Below are positions 16,431 through 25,727 of a stretch of 31,610 nt of DNA, piece after piece. The notes under the pieces were generated by a model, which saw nothing but the letters and a program-made list of their open reading frames with translations, did no database searches and was not told where the DNA came from. The DNA comes from a virus (Duplodnaviria; Caudoviricetes), in the IMG/VR virus record IMGVR_UViG_3300036783_000048, positions 1 through 31,610 of that record. The stretch is one strand, 5' to 3'. How positions within the stretch are numbered: the first letter of the stretch is position 1; each line of letters opens with the position of its first letter. The translations under genes and the position numbers were made by a program.

Positions 16431-17136
16431 CTTTAAGCTCCTTTTCGAGACGTCGAATACGCGCGGCAATGGTCTGTCGCTGGGTGCTAACGCCAGCTTT
16501 TGGATAATGCTGTTCGGCAATGGCCAGCAACTCATCGGCTTTTTTCAGCGCGTCAATATCGTCAACGCTTGCCGCTGATATCTGTCCGTCCTCGCCGCGC
16601 AGCAGCTGTAAACCAGCGAACTTGTACCATTTCGCCGTCACCTGCTCATGCAGCCGCCATTTGGTGGCCACATTCTCAAATGTGCGAGAGAAATAAGGCT
16701 CAATGCTTTCCCCGCGCCCGGCAGACTCCTGCGCCCAGGCCAGCATCGTATCGGCCACGAACGTAGGGAAATTGCTGCGCAGTCGTTCCGGCGTGGCCTG
16801 TTGCTGGGCAATAGCGATATCAGCCCATTCCAGCGCCTTATCCAGATAGCCCACGTCAAACAGCCAGATCACGCACCAGGCCAGAACCGGATTGGCATAC
16901 ACCTGGCCGCTGGCCAGATACGCTTCCACAGTCGGAACCCATTTCGGCAGCAGCACGTTGCGCTTATGCTCAACGCGATCGGCAATCAGCGGCAGGCTTC
17001 GCACCTGTTCCACGTCTGTTTCCAGCGCCTTAATCAGCAGGTGCATGCTTTCCGTGGTGCCAACGGCCAGGCTTTGCTTCAGCTTTTGTTCCATCGCAAT
17101 GCGCTGGTTATGACGCTGCGCGGGTGAAAGAGACAT
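16408..17136 (-). CDS. Terminase endonuclease (small) subunit, gpM-like, 242 aa
   Basis: MSLSPAQRH start and IWLFDVG..D.AL motif; follows the capsid gene. Confidence 0.9.
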   Translation of the reverse strand: MSLSPAQRHNQRIAMEQKLKQSLAVGTTESMHLLIKALETDVEQVRSLPLIADRVEHKRNVLLPKWVPTVEAYLASGQVYANPVLAWCVIWLFDVGYLDKALEWADIAIAQQQATPERLRSNFPTFVADTMLAWAQESAGRGESIEPYFSRTFENVATKWRLHEQVTAKWYKFAGLQLLRGEDGQISAASVDDIDALKKADELLAIAEQHYPKAGVSTQRQTIAARIRRLEKELKDGNSNQV

Positions 17137-17139
17137 TGA

Positions 17140-18162
17140 TTAACCCTCCACTGGCTCAGACGGCTTGCCGATCGTCACGGCATCTTCATCAATCGCCGCG
17201 TACAGCTCCGGCACTTCGATCGCGTAGCCTTCATTACGCAGATAGCTGTTTTCGAACTGTTTGCGATCATCTTCAAAGCGCGCTTTACGCTGGCGCGTGT
17301 TGCGCTGGGTGTAGATATGCAGGTTCGAAAGTGGCGTAACCACCATGCGTTTGCCCGGCATGAACGGCGGGATAATCGCCTGACGGCCAGCGATAGTGTT
17401 GCCCAGCAGCTGCGCCGCGATTTTCTCCGTTGGACGGTCAGCAGCCTGGAACAGTCGGTACTGTTCAGCGGCCACAAGGTCAGCACCTACCAGCACCACC
17501 AGGCGCGGGTCATTGCGGAACTGTGCCGGGATTTTGGCGTTAATCAGATCGGAGGCCATCGCATCCAGCGATTTGTAATCACCCGCCTGATCGAGCACCA
17601 CCGGATCGGTCATAATTTGCTTGCCGTCCATCATGGTTTTCATGATTTCATGCCAGCCAATGTTCACATCTTCGCCATTTGGGTTGGCAATTGGGTCTGT
17701 GGTTTTGGCGCGGTGAGTACCGTTAAAGCCGATACGCAGCATATCCATGGCAAACGCCTGGGTGCTGAAGGTCTGCACCAGGTTGTAAAACTCGTTTTCT
17801 TCCTTCCCGGCGTTCGCCCACACGGAAAGCAGATCCCAGCGCAGCGCGGCGCAGCTGTCCGTTTCAACCAGTGAATAGGTATTTCCATCAACCCCTACCT
17901 GGCGGACGAATCGGCCTGTTTCACTGCGCCCGGTATGGAGCACGGACGCGCCCACGTTGACGACCTGACCACTCAACTGGTCAACATCCAGCGAGGTGAT
18001 CCAGTTCAGGAACTCAACGGACTCCAGCATGGCCAGACGCAACGCAGTTTCCTGCGGGTCATTCAGGGAAAAATAACGGCCTGGGTTTTGCGTGCCAAAA
18101 TGCTGCGCCATCCCCGCCGTATAATTGTCCAGTAAATCCCGCGCACGGTTATTCAGTAACAT
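17140..18162 (-). CDS. Major capsid protein, P2 gpN family, 340 aa
   Basis: DMLRIGFNG, NPNGEDVNIGW and PPFMP...VT.L.NL.IY.Q motifs; GAGGGAG SD. Confidence 0.95.
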   Translation of the reverse strand: MLLNNRARDLLDNYTAGMAQHFGTQNPGRYFSLNDPQETALRLAMLESVEFLNWITSLDVDQLSGQVVNVGASVLHTGRSETGRFVRQVGVDGNTYSLVETDSCAALRWDLLSVWANAGKEENEFYNLVQTFSTQAFAMDMLRIGFNGTHRAKTTDPIANPNGEDVNIGWHEIMKTMMDGKQIMTDPVVLDQAGDYKSLDAMASDLINAKIPAQFRNDPRLVVLVGADLVAAEQYRLFQAADRPTEKIAAQLLGNTIAGRQAIIPPFMPGKRMVVTPLSNLHIYTQRNTRQRKARFEDDRKQFENSYLRNEGYAIEVPELYAAIDEDAVTIGKPSEPVEG

Positions 18163-18221
18163 AAGACTCCCTCGCAATTAAGCGATAATAAAAATGTTTT
18201 GCTTATTCGCGTTGCGGTAAA

Positions 18222-19019
18222 TTACAGGTAACTAAACTTGCCGGATTTAGACGACACCTGACGCTGTTTACGCTGACCGCCTTTATTACCCAAATCATTA
18301 AAGCGGGTAACAATTTCTTTCGCATTATCACGAATAGCGGCGAACTCTTCCGTGTCCACTACTTCGGTAATAGTGTCTACATCGTCCTGCACGGAATTAA
18401 GCTGGGTTTCAATTGCCCCCACACGCGCTTCCAGATCGTTTACTGCACTGGCCAGCGCCTGTAATTTATCATCATCCGCTGGCGGATTATCCTGCGAATC
18501 TTGCTCTTCAAACTTCGGTTTCATACCAAATAATTTCTGCCAACCTTTCATATTTCCTTCCTGCGTAAATTTGCCATTACGGGAAATCACGCAACCGTAA
18601 TATCCCTGTTTATTTAATTTGCGCCGACTAAAGCGCAGTCGTGTGGTGCCGACACTGGCCGGGCGGTCTGTAACTGCCAGCCCCATGAGATAAGTTTTAT
18701 CCCCTCCGCGCCAGTTCAGTTCTGGCTCTACTGAGAAGTAAAGCAACTGCCCTTCATCATTGGCATAGATCAAACGCTTATTAGGACACAGGCTGACATA
18801 CAGCCGTGCCAGTCCGTCATCGCCGTCCTGCCACATCGCTTCCAGCACTTCTCCAAAGTTGCCACATGAATCGTCATGCTCAGGCCAAATCAGTGCGGCA
18901 TAATGGTTTTTGTCATAGGTTTCCCCCATGTCGATAATCCATTGCCGTTCCATAATTCGTCCGTCAACCGTATCGCCTTCGGTTGCAACACACAGCCAGC
19001 CAGTTTTTAAATGCGACAC
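18222..19019 (-). CDS. Capsid scaffolding protein/protease, gpO family, 265 aa (GTG start)
   Basis: ATEGDTVDGR, YFSVE and YLMGLAVTDRPASVGT motifs. Confidence 0.93.
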   Translation of the reverse strand: MSHLKTGWLCVATEGDTVDGRIMERQWIIDMGETYDKNHYAALIWPEHDDSCGNFGEVLEAMWQDGDDGLARLYVSLCPNKRLIYANDEGQLLYFSVEPELNWRGGDKTYLMGLAVTDRPASVGTTRLRFSRRKLNKQGYYGCVISRNGKFTQEGNMKGWQKLFGMKPKFEEQDSQDNPPADDDKLQALASAVNDLEARVGAIETQLNSVQDDVDTITEVVDTEEFAAIRDNAKEIVTRFNDLGNKGGQRKQRQVSSKSGKFSYL

Positions 19020-19065
19020 ATAATTCCCCCTCTGTCGTTTAACTGTTTCCCTTGCTGTGGATTTG

Positions 19066-19184
19066 ATTATTGCTAATTAAATACATCACCGCATTACGCT
19101 TTATTCTGAACAGTTCGGTTATAAGCCTTTACCGAACAGCCCCGAATTAACCCCGCCGTTTTTTCATCAGTAGCACGGCATAAT
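19066..19184. promoter_or_regulatory. Divergent late promoters (pO/pP-like) with central dyad
   Basis: GTTCGGT-N11-ACCGAAC centred at 19125; candidate -10 boxes CATAAT (+, 19179..19184) and AATAAT (-, 19066..19071), each 54 bp from the centre. Confidence 0.6.
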
Positions 19185-19191
19185 TAAATCT

Positions 19192-20967
19192 ATGGCTAAA
19201 TACTCAGACGAATTAAAAGGCGTTGTCCGCGCACTTTACCTGCGCCGCTACACGCCCAAAGAAATTGCATCAGAATTAAATCTGCCGAATGCGCGGATCG
19301 TTTACTACTGGGCTGAAAAATATAAATGGGCTGACCTGCTCAGCTTCGAAAGTACAGAGGAGGCAATTGAACGCCGTTACCAGCTGTTAGCCGGGCGCGA
19401 CAATAAAACCGATCTGGATTTAAAAGAAATGGATTTGCTTATTGCCCACGCCACAAAGTTGCGTGCCCAGAGCAATAAGCATAAAGAAAAGCTGGCATCC
19501 AGCCAGGGGGAACGGCAAGCAGCTGCGCGAGGGGAAAACGACGACGAACCCCGCGGTAAACGTAAGTACAAGAAAAATGATATCTCTTCACTAACCCAGG
19601 ATGATTTTGACACCTGGGCGGACGAACATCTTTTCGAGTATCAGAAACACCTGCGCCGCAACATTGGCCAGCTGGTCAGGAACATCCTGAAAAGCCGCCA
19701 GATCGGCGCAACCTGGTACTTTGCGTTTGAGGCGTTCGAAAATGCGGTAATGACGGGCGATCCGCAAATATTCCTGTCCGCGTCCAAAGCACAGGCGGAA
19801 GTGTTCCGGTCTTACATCGTCAACATTGCGGAACAGTATTTTGGCATCACGCTGACCGGGAACCCGATCCGCTTAAGCAACGGCGCAGAGCTGCGTTTCC
19901 TGTCTACCAACAAAAACACCGCCCAGTCATACAGTGGCCATCTGTATTGTGATGAATATTTTTGGGTGCCCAACTTTGCAAAACTGAATGAAGTGGCCAG
20001 CGCGATGGCCACCCATGACAAATGGCGGACCACCTACTTTTCCACGCCATCGGCCAAAACGCACCAGGCGTACCCGTTCTGGACGGGTGAAGAGTGGAAA
20101 CAGGGCAGCAAGAAACGCGCAGCCATCAAATTTCCACTGTTCGACGAAATGCGTGACGGTGGCCGGCTCTGCCCGGATGGCCAGTGGCGCTATGTCATCA
20201 CCATGGAAGATGCCATTGCAGGTGGCTTCAATCTGGCCAACATCGAGAAGCTGCGCAACCGCTACAACACCGCCACGTTCGACATGCTTTATATGTGCGT
20301 CTTCGTGGACAGCAAGGATTCCGTTTTCAGCTTTTCCGACCTGGAAGCGTGCGGCGTGGAGGTGGATACCTGGCAGGATCACAACCCGGATGCAAAACGG
20401 CCGTTTGGGGACAGGCCAGTATGGGGCGGCTTCGACCCGGCACGCAGCGGCGATTTGTCGTGTTTCGTGATTGTCGCCCCGCCAATGTTTGCCGTGGAAA
20501 AATTCCGCGTGCTGAAGGTGATTTACTGGAAGGGCATGAACTTTCGCTACCAGGCAAAGCAGATCGAAAAGCTTTTCGACCAGTACAACTTCACCTATCT
20601 GGGCGTTGACGTGACCGGGATCGGCCAGGGTGTGTTTGACAACATCCAGCACTTTGCCATGAAGGTTGTTGTCCCAATCCGCTACGACATGAACACCAAA
20701 AACCAGCTGGTACTGAAGGCCGCCGACGTGGTTGAAAGCCAGCGTATCGAGTGGGACAAAAACCTGAAGGAAATACCCGCCAGTTTTATGTCCGTGCGAC
20801 GTACTACCACACAGAGCGGTAACGCCATGACCTTTGTTGCGGACCGCAGCCAGGACACAGGCCACGCAGAGGCATTCTGGGCAATTACCCATGCCCTGCA
20901 TAACGAACCACTTAACTATGAAAACAAACCAAAATCCCGCTGGGGTGTAAGGAAACAGGCAGCATGA
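19192..20967 (+). CDS. Terminase large (ATPase) subunit, gpP family, 591 aa
   Basis: LKSRQIGAT (Walker A), LYCDE (Walker B), FSTPS and GGFDPA nuclease motifs. Confidence 0.96.
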   Translation: MAKYSDELKGVVRALYLRRYTPKEIASELNLPNARIVYYWAEKYKWADLLSFESTEEAIERRYQLLAGRDNKTDLDLKEMDLLIAHATKLRAQSNKHKEKLASSQGERQAAARGENDDEPRGKRKYKKNDISSLTQDDFDTWADEHLFEYQKHLRRNIGQLVRNILKSRQIGATWYFAFEAFENAVMTGDPQIFLSASKAQAEVFRSYIVNIAEQYFGITLTGNPIRLSNGAELRFLSTNKNTAQSYSGHLYCDEYFWVPNFAKLNEVASAMATHDKWRTTYFSTPSAKTHQAYPFWTGEEWKQGSKKRAAIKFPLFDEMRDGGRLCPDGQWRYVITMEDAIAGGFNLANIEKLRNRYNTATFDMLYMCVFVDSKDSVFSFSDLEACGVEVDTWQDHNPDAKRPFGDRPVWGGFDPARSGDLSCFVIVAPPMFAVEKFRVLKVIYWKGMNFRYQAKQIEKLFDQYNFTYLGVDVTGIGQGVFDNIQHFAMKVVVPIRYDMNTKNQLVLKAADVVESQRIEWDKNLKEIPASFMSVRRTTTQSGNAMTFVADRSQDTGHAEAFWAITHALHNEPLNYENKPKSRWGVRKQAA

Positions 20968-22016
20968 GCAAAAAGAAACGCTTTGTGAAACGCGAGCAGC
21001 GCGGAGACAAATCCAAAAAAATGAGCATTATCAGCTTTGGCAAACCAGAACCGGTACTGACCACCGGAACCGATTACCGGGAAATTTGGTACGACAACGC
21101 CGCCGACCATTACACCCAGCCGATTGACCGCCTGGCGCTGGCGCAGCTTATCAACCTGAACGGCCAGCACGGCGGGATTATCCACGCCCGTAAAAACATG
21201 GTTACGGCGGACTATCAGGGCGGCGGCCTGACGTTCGACGAGCTGGAGGCCGCTGTTTTTGATTACCTGACGTTTGGAGATATTGCTGTGGCCAAAATCC
21301 GTAATGGCTGGGGCGATGTGATCGGGCTTCAGCCTTTGCCAGGGCTTTACCTGCGCCGCCGAAAAGAAACAGAAAACGCGGAAACGGTGCCAGGGGATTA
21401 CGTGGTTTTACAGGAAGGTGAGCCGCTGGCGTTCCCGCCTGACGATATCATTTTCATCAAGATGTATGACCCGCAGCAGCACATCTATGGTCTGCCGGAC
21501 TATATCGGCGGCGTTCACTCTGCCCTGCTGAACAGTGAGGCGGTTATTTTTCGACGTCGCTACTACCACAACGGCGCGCACACGGGCGGCATTCTGTATA
21601 CCCGTGACCCAAGCATGACGGACGAAATGGAGGAGGAGATTGAACAGCAGCTGCGGGACAGCAAGGGGATCGGCAACTTCTCCACCATCCTGGTGAACAT
21701 CCCTGGCGGGGACGGTGACGCGATCAAGTTTATTGAGATGGGGGACATTTCTGCCAAAGATGAATTTGCGAGCGTGAAGAACATCAGCGCCCAGGATATT
21801 CTGAACGCGCACCGCTTCCCGGCCGGGCTTGCAGGTATCGTTCCGCAGAATACTGCCGGGCTGGGCGACCCGGAAAAGATTGAGCGCACCTACAAAAAGA
21901 ATGAAGTGCTGCCTATTCAGCGCCGTCTGGCGATGGCCATCAATAGCGATCCGGAAATTCCACGTCACCTGCATTTGAATTTTGCTGAAGAAACAACGGT
22001 GAAGGGTGCAGCATGA
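20964..22016 (+). CDS. Portal protein, gpQ/PBSX family, 350 aa
   Basis: YGLPDY, FRRRYYHNGAHTG, SKGIGNF and AHRFP motifs. Confidence 0.95.
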   Translation: MSKKKRFVKREQRGDKSKKMSIISFGKPEPVLTTGTDYREIWYDNAADHYTQPIDRLALAQLINLNGQHGGIIHARKNMVTADYQGGGLTFDELEAAVFDYLTFGDIAVAKIRNGWGDVIGLQPLPGLYLRRRKETENAETVPGDYVVLQEGEPLAFPPDDIIFIKMYDPQQHIYGLPDYIGGVHSALLNSEAVIFRRRYYHNGAHTGGILYTRDPSMTDEMEEEIEQQLRDSKGIGNFSTILVNIPGGDGDAIKFIEMGDISAKDEFASVKNISAQDILNAHRFPAGLAGIVPQNTAGLGDPEKIERTYKKNEVLPIQRRLAMAINSDPEIPRHLHLNFAEETTVKGAA

Positions 22017-22066
22017 GTCAAAAAAGGCTAAAATCCAGGCATTATTTGACAGCCGGAGAATGGAAT

Positions 22067-22336
22067 ATGAGAGTCCTGAAAATTGAGTGTCCGGAGTGCG
22101 GCTCGAAGGCTGTGATTCGCAAAACCAACCGGAAACACCGCCAGATAGCAGATATTTACTGCGCCTGTGCTGACGTGGAGTGTGGGCACACCTTTGTTAT
22201 GAATTTGACGTTTTCCCACACTCTTAGCCCCAGCGCTAAAACAGGTGACGCTCTGGTGCAAACCTTGCTCAAAAACCTGTCACCCGACCAAAAGCAAATG
22301 GCTCTGGATTTATTGAAGGCTGCGCCCGCTGCCTGA
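22067..22336 (+). CDS. ogr: Ogr/Delta-family zinc-finger late activator, 89 aa
   Basis: CPECG...YCAC...ECGHTF..N..FSHTLSPS; GGAG SD before the ATG at 22067. Confidence 0.9.
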   Translation: MRVLKIECPECGSKAVIRKTNRKHRQIADIYCACADVECGHTFVMNLTFSHTLSPSAKTGDALVQTLLKNLSPDQKQMALDLLKAAPAA

Positions 22337-22516
22337 AATGCCCCCGTTCTGGGGGTTTTTTATTTCCCCCCTGACCACGTCTCGCATCTCTTCAGCAATT
22401 TCACCGATCCAAGTTAAGGCAATAGTCTTTTCCTTCGCGCTTATCTCACTTACATGGGCAATTTTTGCCAGTAATTCGATGCGCTCCAGCTTTGCTGATG
22501 CCTCTAAGATATCCAT
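22310..22516 (-). CDS. Small helical protein, 68 aa (MDILEAS...), LexA box upstream; candidate antirepressor by position
   Basis: GGGAGGG SD (22521..22527); own SOS promoter downstream of gpA, the position of 186 tum; 27-nt convergent overlap with ogr. Confidence 0.75.
   Translation of the reverse strand: MDILEASAKLERIELLAKIAHVSEISAKEKTIALTWIGEIAEEMRDVVRGEIKNPQNGGISGSGRSLQ
22340..22361 (+). terminator. Intrinsic terminator of the P-Q-ogr operon
   Basis: GCCCCC-gttct-GGGGGT-TTTTT directly after the ogr stop. Confidence 0.75.
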
Positions 22517-22539
22517 GCAGCCCTCCCACAAAACAAAAC

Positions 22540-22560
22540 ACTGTATAACCATACAGTATA
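22540..22560 (-). promoter_or_regulatory. LexA (SOS) box overlapping -10
   Basis: A-CTGTATAACCATACAG-T (CTG-N10-CAG at 22541..22556); TATACT on the minus strand at 22555..22560. Confidence 0.88.
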
Positions 22561-22637
22561 CCTAAACGCACAATATGTGAAATGATAATTAGCGCAAAAA
22601 GAAATTTACGCATTACTAATCACGCACTTACAAACCA

Positions 22638-24662
22638 TCACTGCCAGCCCGGCCATTGCTCTTCTTCCGGCTTGTTCCGTTTCTCCTGTAACCTTCCTTC
22701 CCTGTAAACCAGGGCTGAACGGCCAAATCTGAGACCGCCACCCCGCTTCAGAATGTCGATCTCTTCATCAGTTCCGGCAAAACCTCTCTGGTTCAATTCC
22801 AGTTTTAACCGTCTCCGGGTTCCCCCCTTCGTACAGTTATTGACAGAACTCCAAGGGGCGGCGCTGCCGCCAGAAAAACCCGCCTCCGCTGGCGCTTCGG
22901 CCAACTTCGCAACCTTCTGCCACTTAACCAGACGGGTGCAAACTTCGGAATCAGGGATTAAAGGCGAATAGATGCCCTGAACGCGCTGAATATCTTCAGC
23001 GTACTCGTTACCCTGCTCTGTGATTTCATACGCCAGACGAACAACCAGATCACGACGCGCAACCAGTGCGCCTCCCTGCAACTGGGTATAGGCTGCCCAG
23101 TCCCCAACATCAGCCGCCGCCAGCACTGCATCCATTCGATTATCAGTCAGACGCTGATCGCCCAGTCGGCGCAGTTCCCGCCAGACAGTCACAGGCGCAC
23201 CACCAATTTGCTGAAACTGGCGAATCCGCCAGCGGGATGCCCAGGCCGATACTGATTTGGCCATATCACGCAGGTTTTCCCCGGTTTCTTCATCCTGCTC
23301 CCCATCCAGAGCAAAGCCGTCGATATTTTTTGAGATGTATTTAGCGATATAGCCCGTTGCAGACCCTTTAGCGGGATCGATAGGCTCAACGTAAAAACGC
23401 GCTTTAAGCGCTTTGAGTGTCTGAAGCTCTTCTGAATCGGCAACCCTGGCGTGATAGCAAAGGATATCGCGCACCGCCTCAACGTCATGCGGCCGCATGA
23501 AAAGCAACATATGCCAGTGTGGTGTCCCGTCGTGGTGCGGTTCCACTACGCGAAATCCAAAAACATGAATACCGGCACGAGAGATCGCCGCGCGTGCTTT
23601 TGCCCAGACGTTGCATAAGTAACGCTGCGTGTCCCGTGGGCTTAATCCGTTCCACTGAGACACAAAGCCACCTTTGCTGTGTACCGCGTGATAACGTGAC
23701 GGCGCAGTGATTGTATAAAACTCGCCAGCCAGCCCCTGTTCATCGGCGATATCTTCAAACCCACGCATACGCACCATCAATTCACAGCGACGGATGGCAG
23801 GGTTGGAAACGCTGCGGTGTACCATGCTGTCCAGCGCAATGCGGTTGCCCTCATCGTCCATCAGATCAAACTTTTTGAAGAACTCCAGATTACGTTTTTT
23901 CTGGTCTATCCATTCACCCAGGGTTTTACGGGACACGTAGGCACTAGCATATTTCTGTACCTGGCCAACGGCGATGGCCAGATGTTCACGCTGCAGATCA
24001 CGGGCACGCTTCAGGCGCTGATACCACCATTCCGGAGCCATGAGACGTAAAATCCCGGACTCCGCCTTTCGGGTTTCCAGGTGGCCATCATTAGCTTCGT
24101 GCTCTGCCCAGTACGGCGGCTGATTGTTCAGCATGAGGGAAAGCGAGCAAAGATTGCGGTAAGCCTCCAGCGTGCGCTGGCGCATTTCCCCTTCGTCTTT
24201 TGGTTTACCCTTCAGCGTGTCGGTGAAGTCATAAAACATCTGAGCCATCCAACCAGAGACCTGGCCAGACAGCTTTTTGAGATCGGTACGGTCAAGCGAC
24301 GGCAAGCGCTGCAATGACTTTCCAAATGAGAGATCGCTTACATCATCGGCCAGCTGGTAACGCGCTGCCACTTTCCGCAGACGTGGCAATACATTCTCAC
24401 CGATTGTTTTGCGCAGGAATGTATTGGCACGGCGGCGGCCGTCACTTTCAGCAAACAGCTTTTCGTAACGGTTGCCAAAATACCCGGCTAACCAGTCGGG
24501 TATCTCATGAAGGAACTGTGAGCGCCATTCGTAGTCCTGTGGGTTAACTGCCCACAAACGGCGCTCTGTGATTGTTGCATCCGCTGGCGTTCCTGGCGCA
24601 AAAGTATCACGCCGCCAGGTATTGACGGCATGATGTTGGCCAGCGTGAGACATATCAGCCAC
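22638..24662 (-). CDS. Rolling-circle replication endonuclease, gpA family, 674 aa (GTG start)
   Basis: FYTITAPS.YH, EPHHDGTPHWH (HUH), YIAKYISKN (two Tyr) and WASRWRIRQFQ motifs. Confidence 0.96.
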   Translation of the reverse strand: MADMSHAGQHHAVNTWRRDTFAPGTPADATITERRLWAVNPQDYEWRSQFLHEIPDWLAGYFGNRYEKLFAESDGRRRANTFLRKTIGENVLPRLRKVAARYQLADDVSDLSFGKSLQRLPSLDRTDLKKLSGQVSGWMAQMFYDFTDTLKGKPKDEGEMRQRTLEAYRNLCSLSLMLNNQPPYWAEHEANDGHLETRKAESGILRLMAPEWWYQRLKRARDLQREHLAIAVGQVQKYASAYVSRKTLGEWIDQKKRNLEFFKKFDLMDDEGNRIALDSMVHRSVSNPAIRRCELMVRMRGFEDIADEQGLAGEFYTITAPSRYHAVHSKGGFVSQWNGLSPRDTQRYLCNVWAKARAAISRAGIHVFGFRVVEPHHDGTPHWHMLLFMRPHDVEAVRDILCYHARVADSEELQTLKALKARFYVEPIDPAKGSATGYIAKYISKNIDGFALDGEQDEETGENLRDMAKSVSAWASRWRIRQFQQIGGAPVTVWRELRRLGDQRLTDNRMDAVLAAADVGDWAAYTQLQGGALVARRDLVVRLAYEITEQGNEYAEDIQRVQGIYSPLIPDSEVCTRLVKWQKVAKLAEAPAEAGFSGGSAAPWSSVNNCTKGGTRRRLKLELNQRGFAGTDEEIDILKRGGGLRFGRSALVYREGRLQEKRNKPEEEQWPGWQ
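22831..22860 (-). other. Rolling-circle origin inside gene A
   Basis: CGCCCCTTGGAGTTCTGTCAATAACTGTAC resembles the P2/186 ori nick sequence as I recall it (..CCTCG/GAGTCCTGTCAATAACTG). Confidence 0.8.
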
Positions 24663-24867
24663 GGTTTACCCACTTCTTCCAGGCATTAATCATGGAAGCA
24701 GCAGCACATACCGCCACCAGTACAGGCCAGAGAAGTGCAGCGATTGCGACTAAAATAAAATCCGCATCGTCTGAAGTCTCTGCGTCCCGGCGCTCCTCCC
24801 AGGAAAAGAAGATAAAAGCCGCAAACACCGTGAGCGCATACAGCCCGGACATAGGTTCGGTCATCAT
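24655..24867 (-). CDS. Small membrane protein, 70 aa
   Basis: Two hydrophobic segments around a charged loop; overlaps both the dam stop and the gpA start. Confidence 0.7.
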   Translation of the reverse strand: MMTEPMSGLYALTVFAAFIFFSWEERRDAETSDDADFILVAIAALLWPVLVAVCAAASMINAWKKWVNRG

Positions 24868-25727
24868 TTATCCGCCCCGATCATCGCAGTGAGGCTGGCA
24901 GGAGATTTCAGAATGACCTCTGCGGCGGTTTTCTGGCTTGCAGCTGCGGCACCAACACTGCGGGGCGCTTGAATTTTCACCGTCTCAAATCCAGCGTAAA
25001 GGTAATGCACCATTTCCAGATCGCTGTTTGACGCAACAACACTTATGCCTTTTCGAGCAAGACGGCGCAGACTTCTGGCCAGCCGTCCCTGGTCAAGATG
25101 CGAAAAAGCGCTTTCTGTGTATGAGGTGAAATTTCCTGATTCCGTCAGGTATGGCGGATCGCAATAGACCACATCCCCGGCACGAACCAACGCAAGCGTT
25201 TCGGAATAATGCGCGGTGATGAACGTCGCGCGTTTCGCTTTTTCAGCAAATGCGCGGACTTCATCAAGCGGGAAATAGTTCTTCTTGTACTTTCCGAACG
25301 GAACATTGAACTGGCCACGGCGGTTGTAACGGCAAAGCCCGTTAAAGCCGTGGCGGTTCAGGTACATGAAACGGGCAGCGGCTTCAACGCTTTCCGCCCC
25401 AATCCCCTTTCCGGACAAATTGAACGCGTCCCGGACGGCATAGTAAAAAATAGCGCGGCTCTCCTGTTCCCCCAACGCCCCGGCAGAAAACAGGGATTCA
25501 AGCTCTACAAGAAACGCGTCGGTATGGTACGCCATCGCCTTATACAGATTGACCAAATCCGGGTTCAGATCAGCGATCAGATATTCGTCATAGTCCGTAT
25601 TCATCATTACGGCACAGGAACCCGCGAACGGTTCAACCAGGCGCTTACCCTCCGGCAAGTGGCGACGCAGCTGCGGCATAAGGCGGACTTTACTGCCCAC
25701 CCATTTAAGGGGAGTTTTAACTGTCAT
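24864..25727 (-). CDS. dam: DNA adenine methyltransferase, Dam family, 287 aa
   Basis: LKWVGSK, EPFAGS (motif I), YLNRHGFNGLCRYN..G.FNVPFG and DPPY (motif IV). Confidence 0.93.
   Translation of the reverse strand: MTVKTPLKWVGSKVRLMPQLRRHLPEGKRLVEPFAGSCAVMMNTDYDEYLIADLNPDLVNLYKAMAYHTDAFLVELESLFSAGALGEQESRAIFYYAVRDAFNLSGKGIGAESVEAAARFMYLNRHGFNGLCRYNRRGQFNVPFGKYKKNYFPLDEVRAFAEKAKRATFITAHYSETLALVRAGDVVYCDPPYLTESGNFTSYTESAFSHLDQGRLARSLRRLARKGISVVASNSDLEMVHYLYAGFETVKIQAPRSVGAAAASQKTAAEVILKSPASLTAMIGADK

Noticed and set aside
18173-18216. Possible hairpin CGCAA...TTGCG between genes O and N
   Set aside because: AT-rich and heavily interrupted; too weak to support without covariation data
19927-20901. 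324-aa minus-strand ORF
   Set aside because: Fully antisense to the conserved terminase; composition typical of a reverse-complement frame
22017-22637. Known anti-phage system in the A-to-portal hotspot
   Set aside because: Only ogr and a 68-aa gene are present; no space or motifs for a recognised defence system
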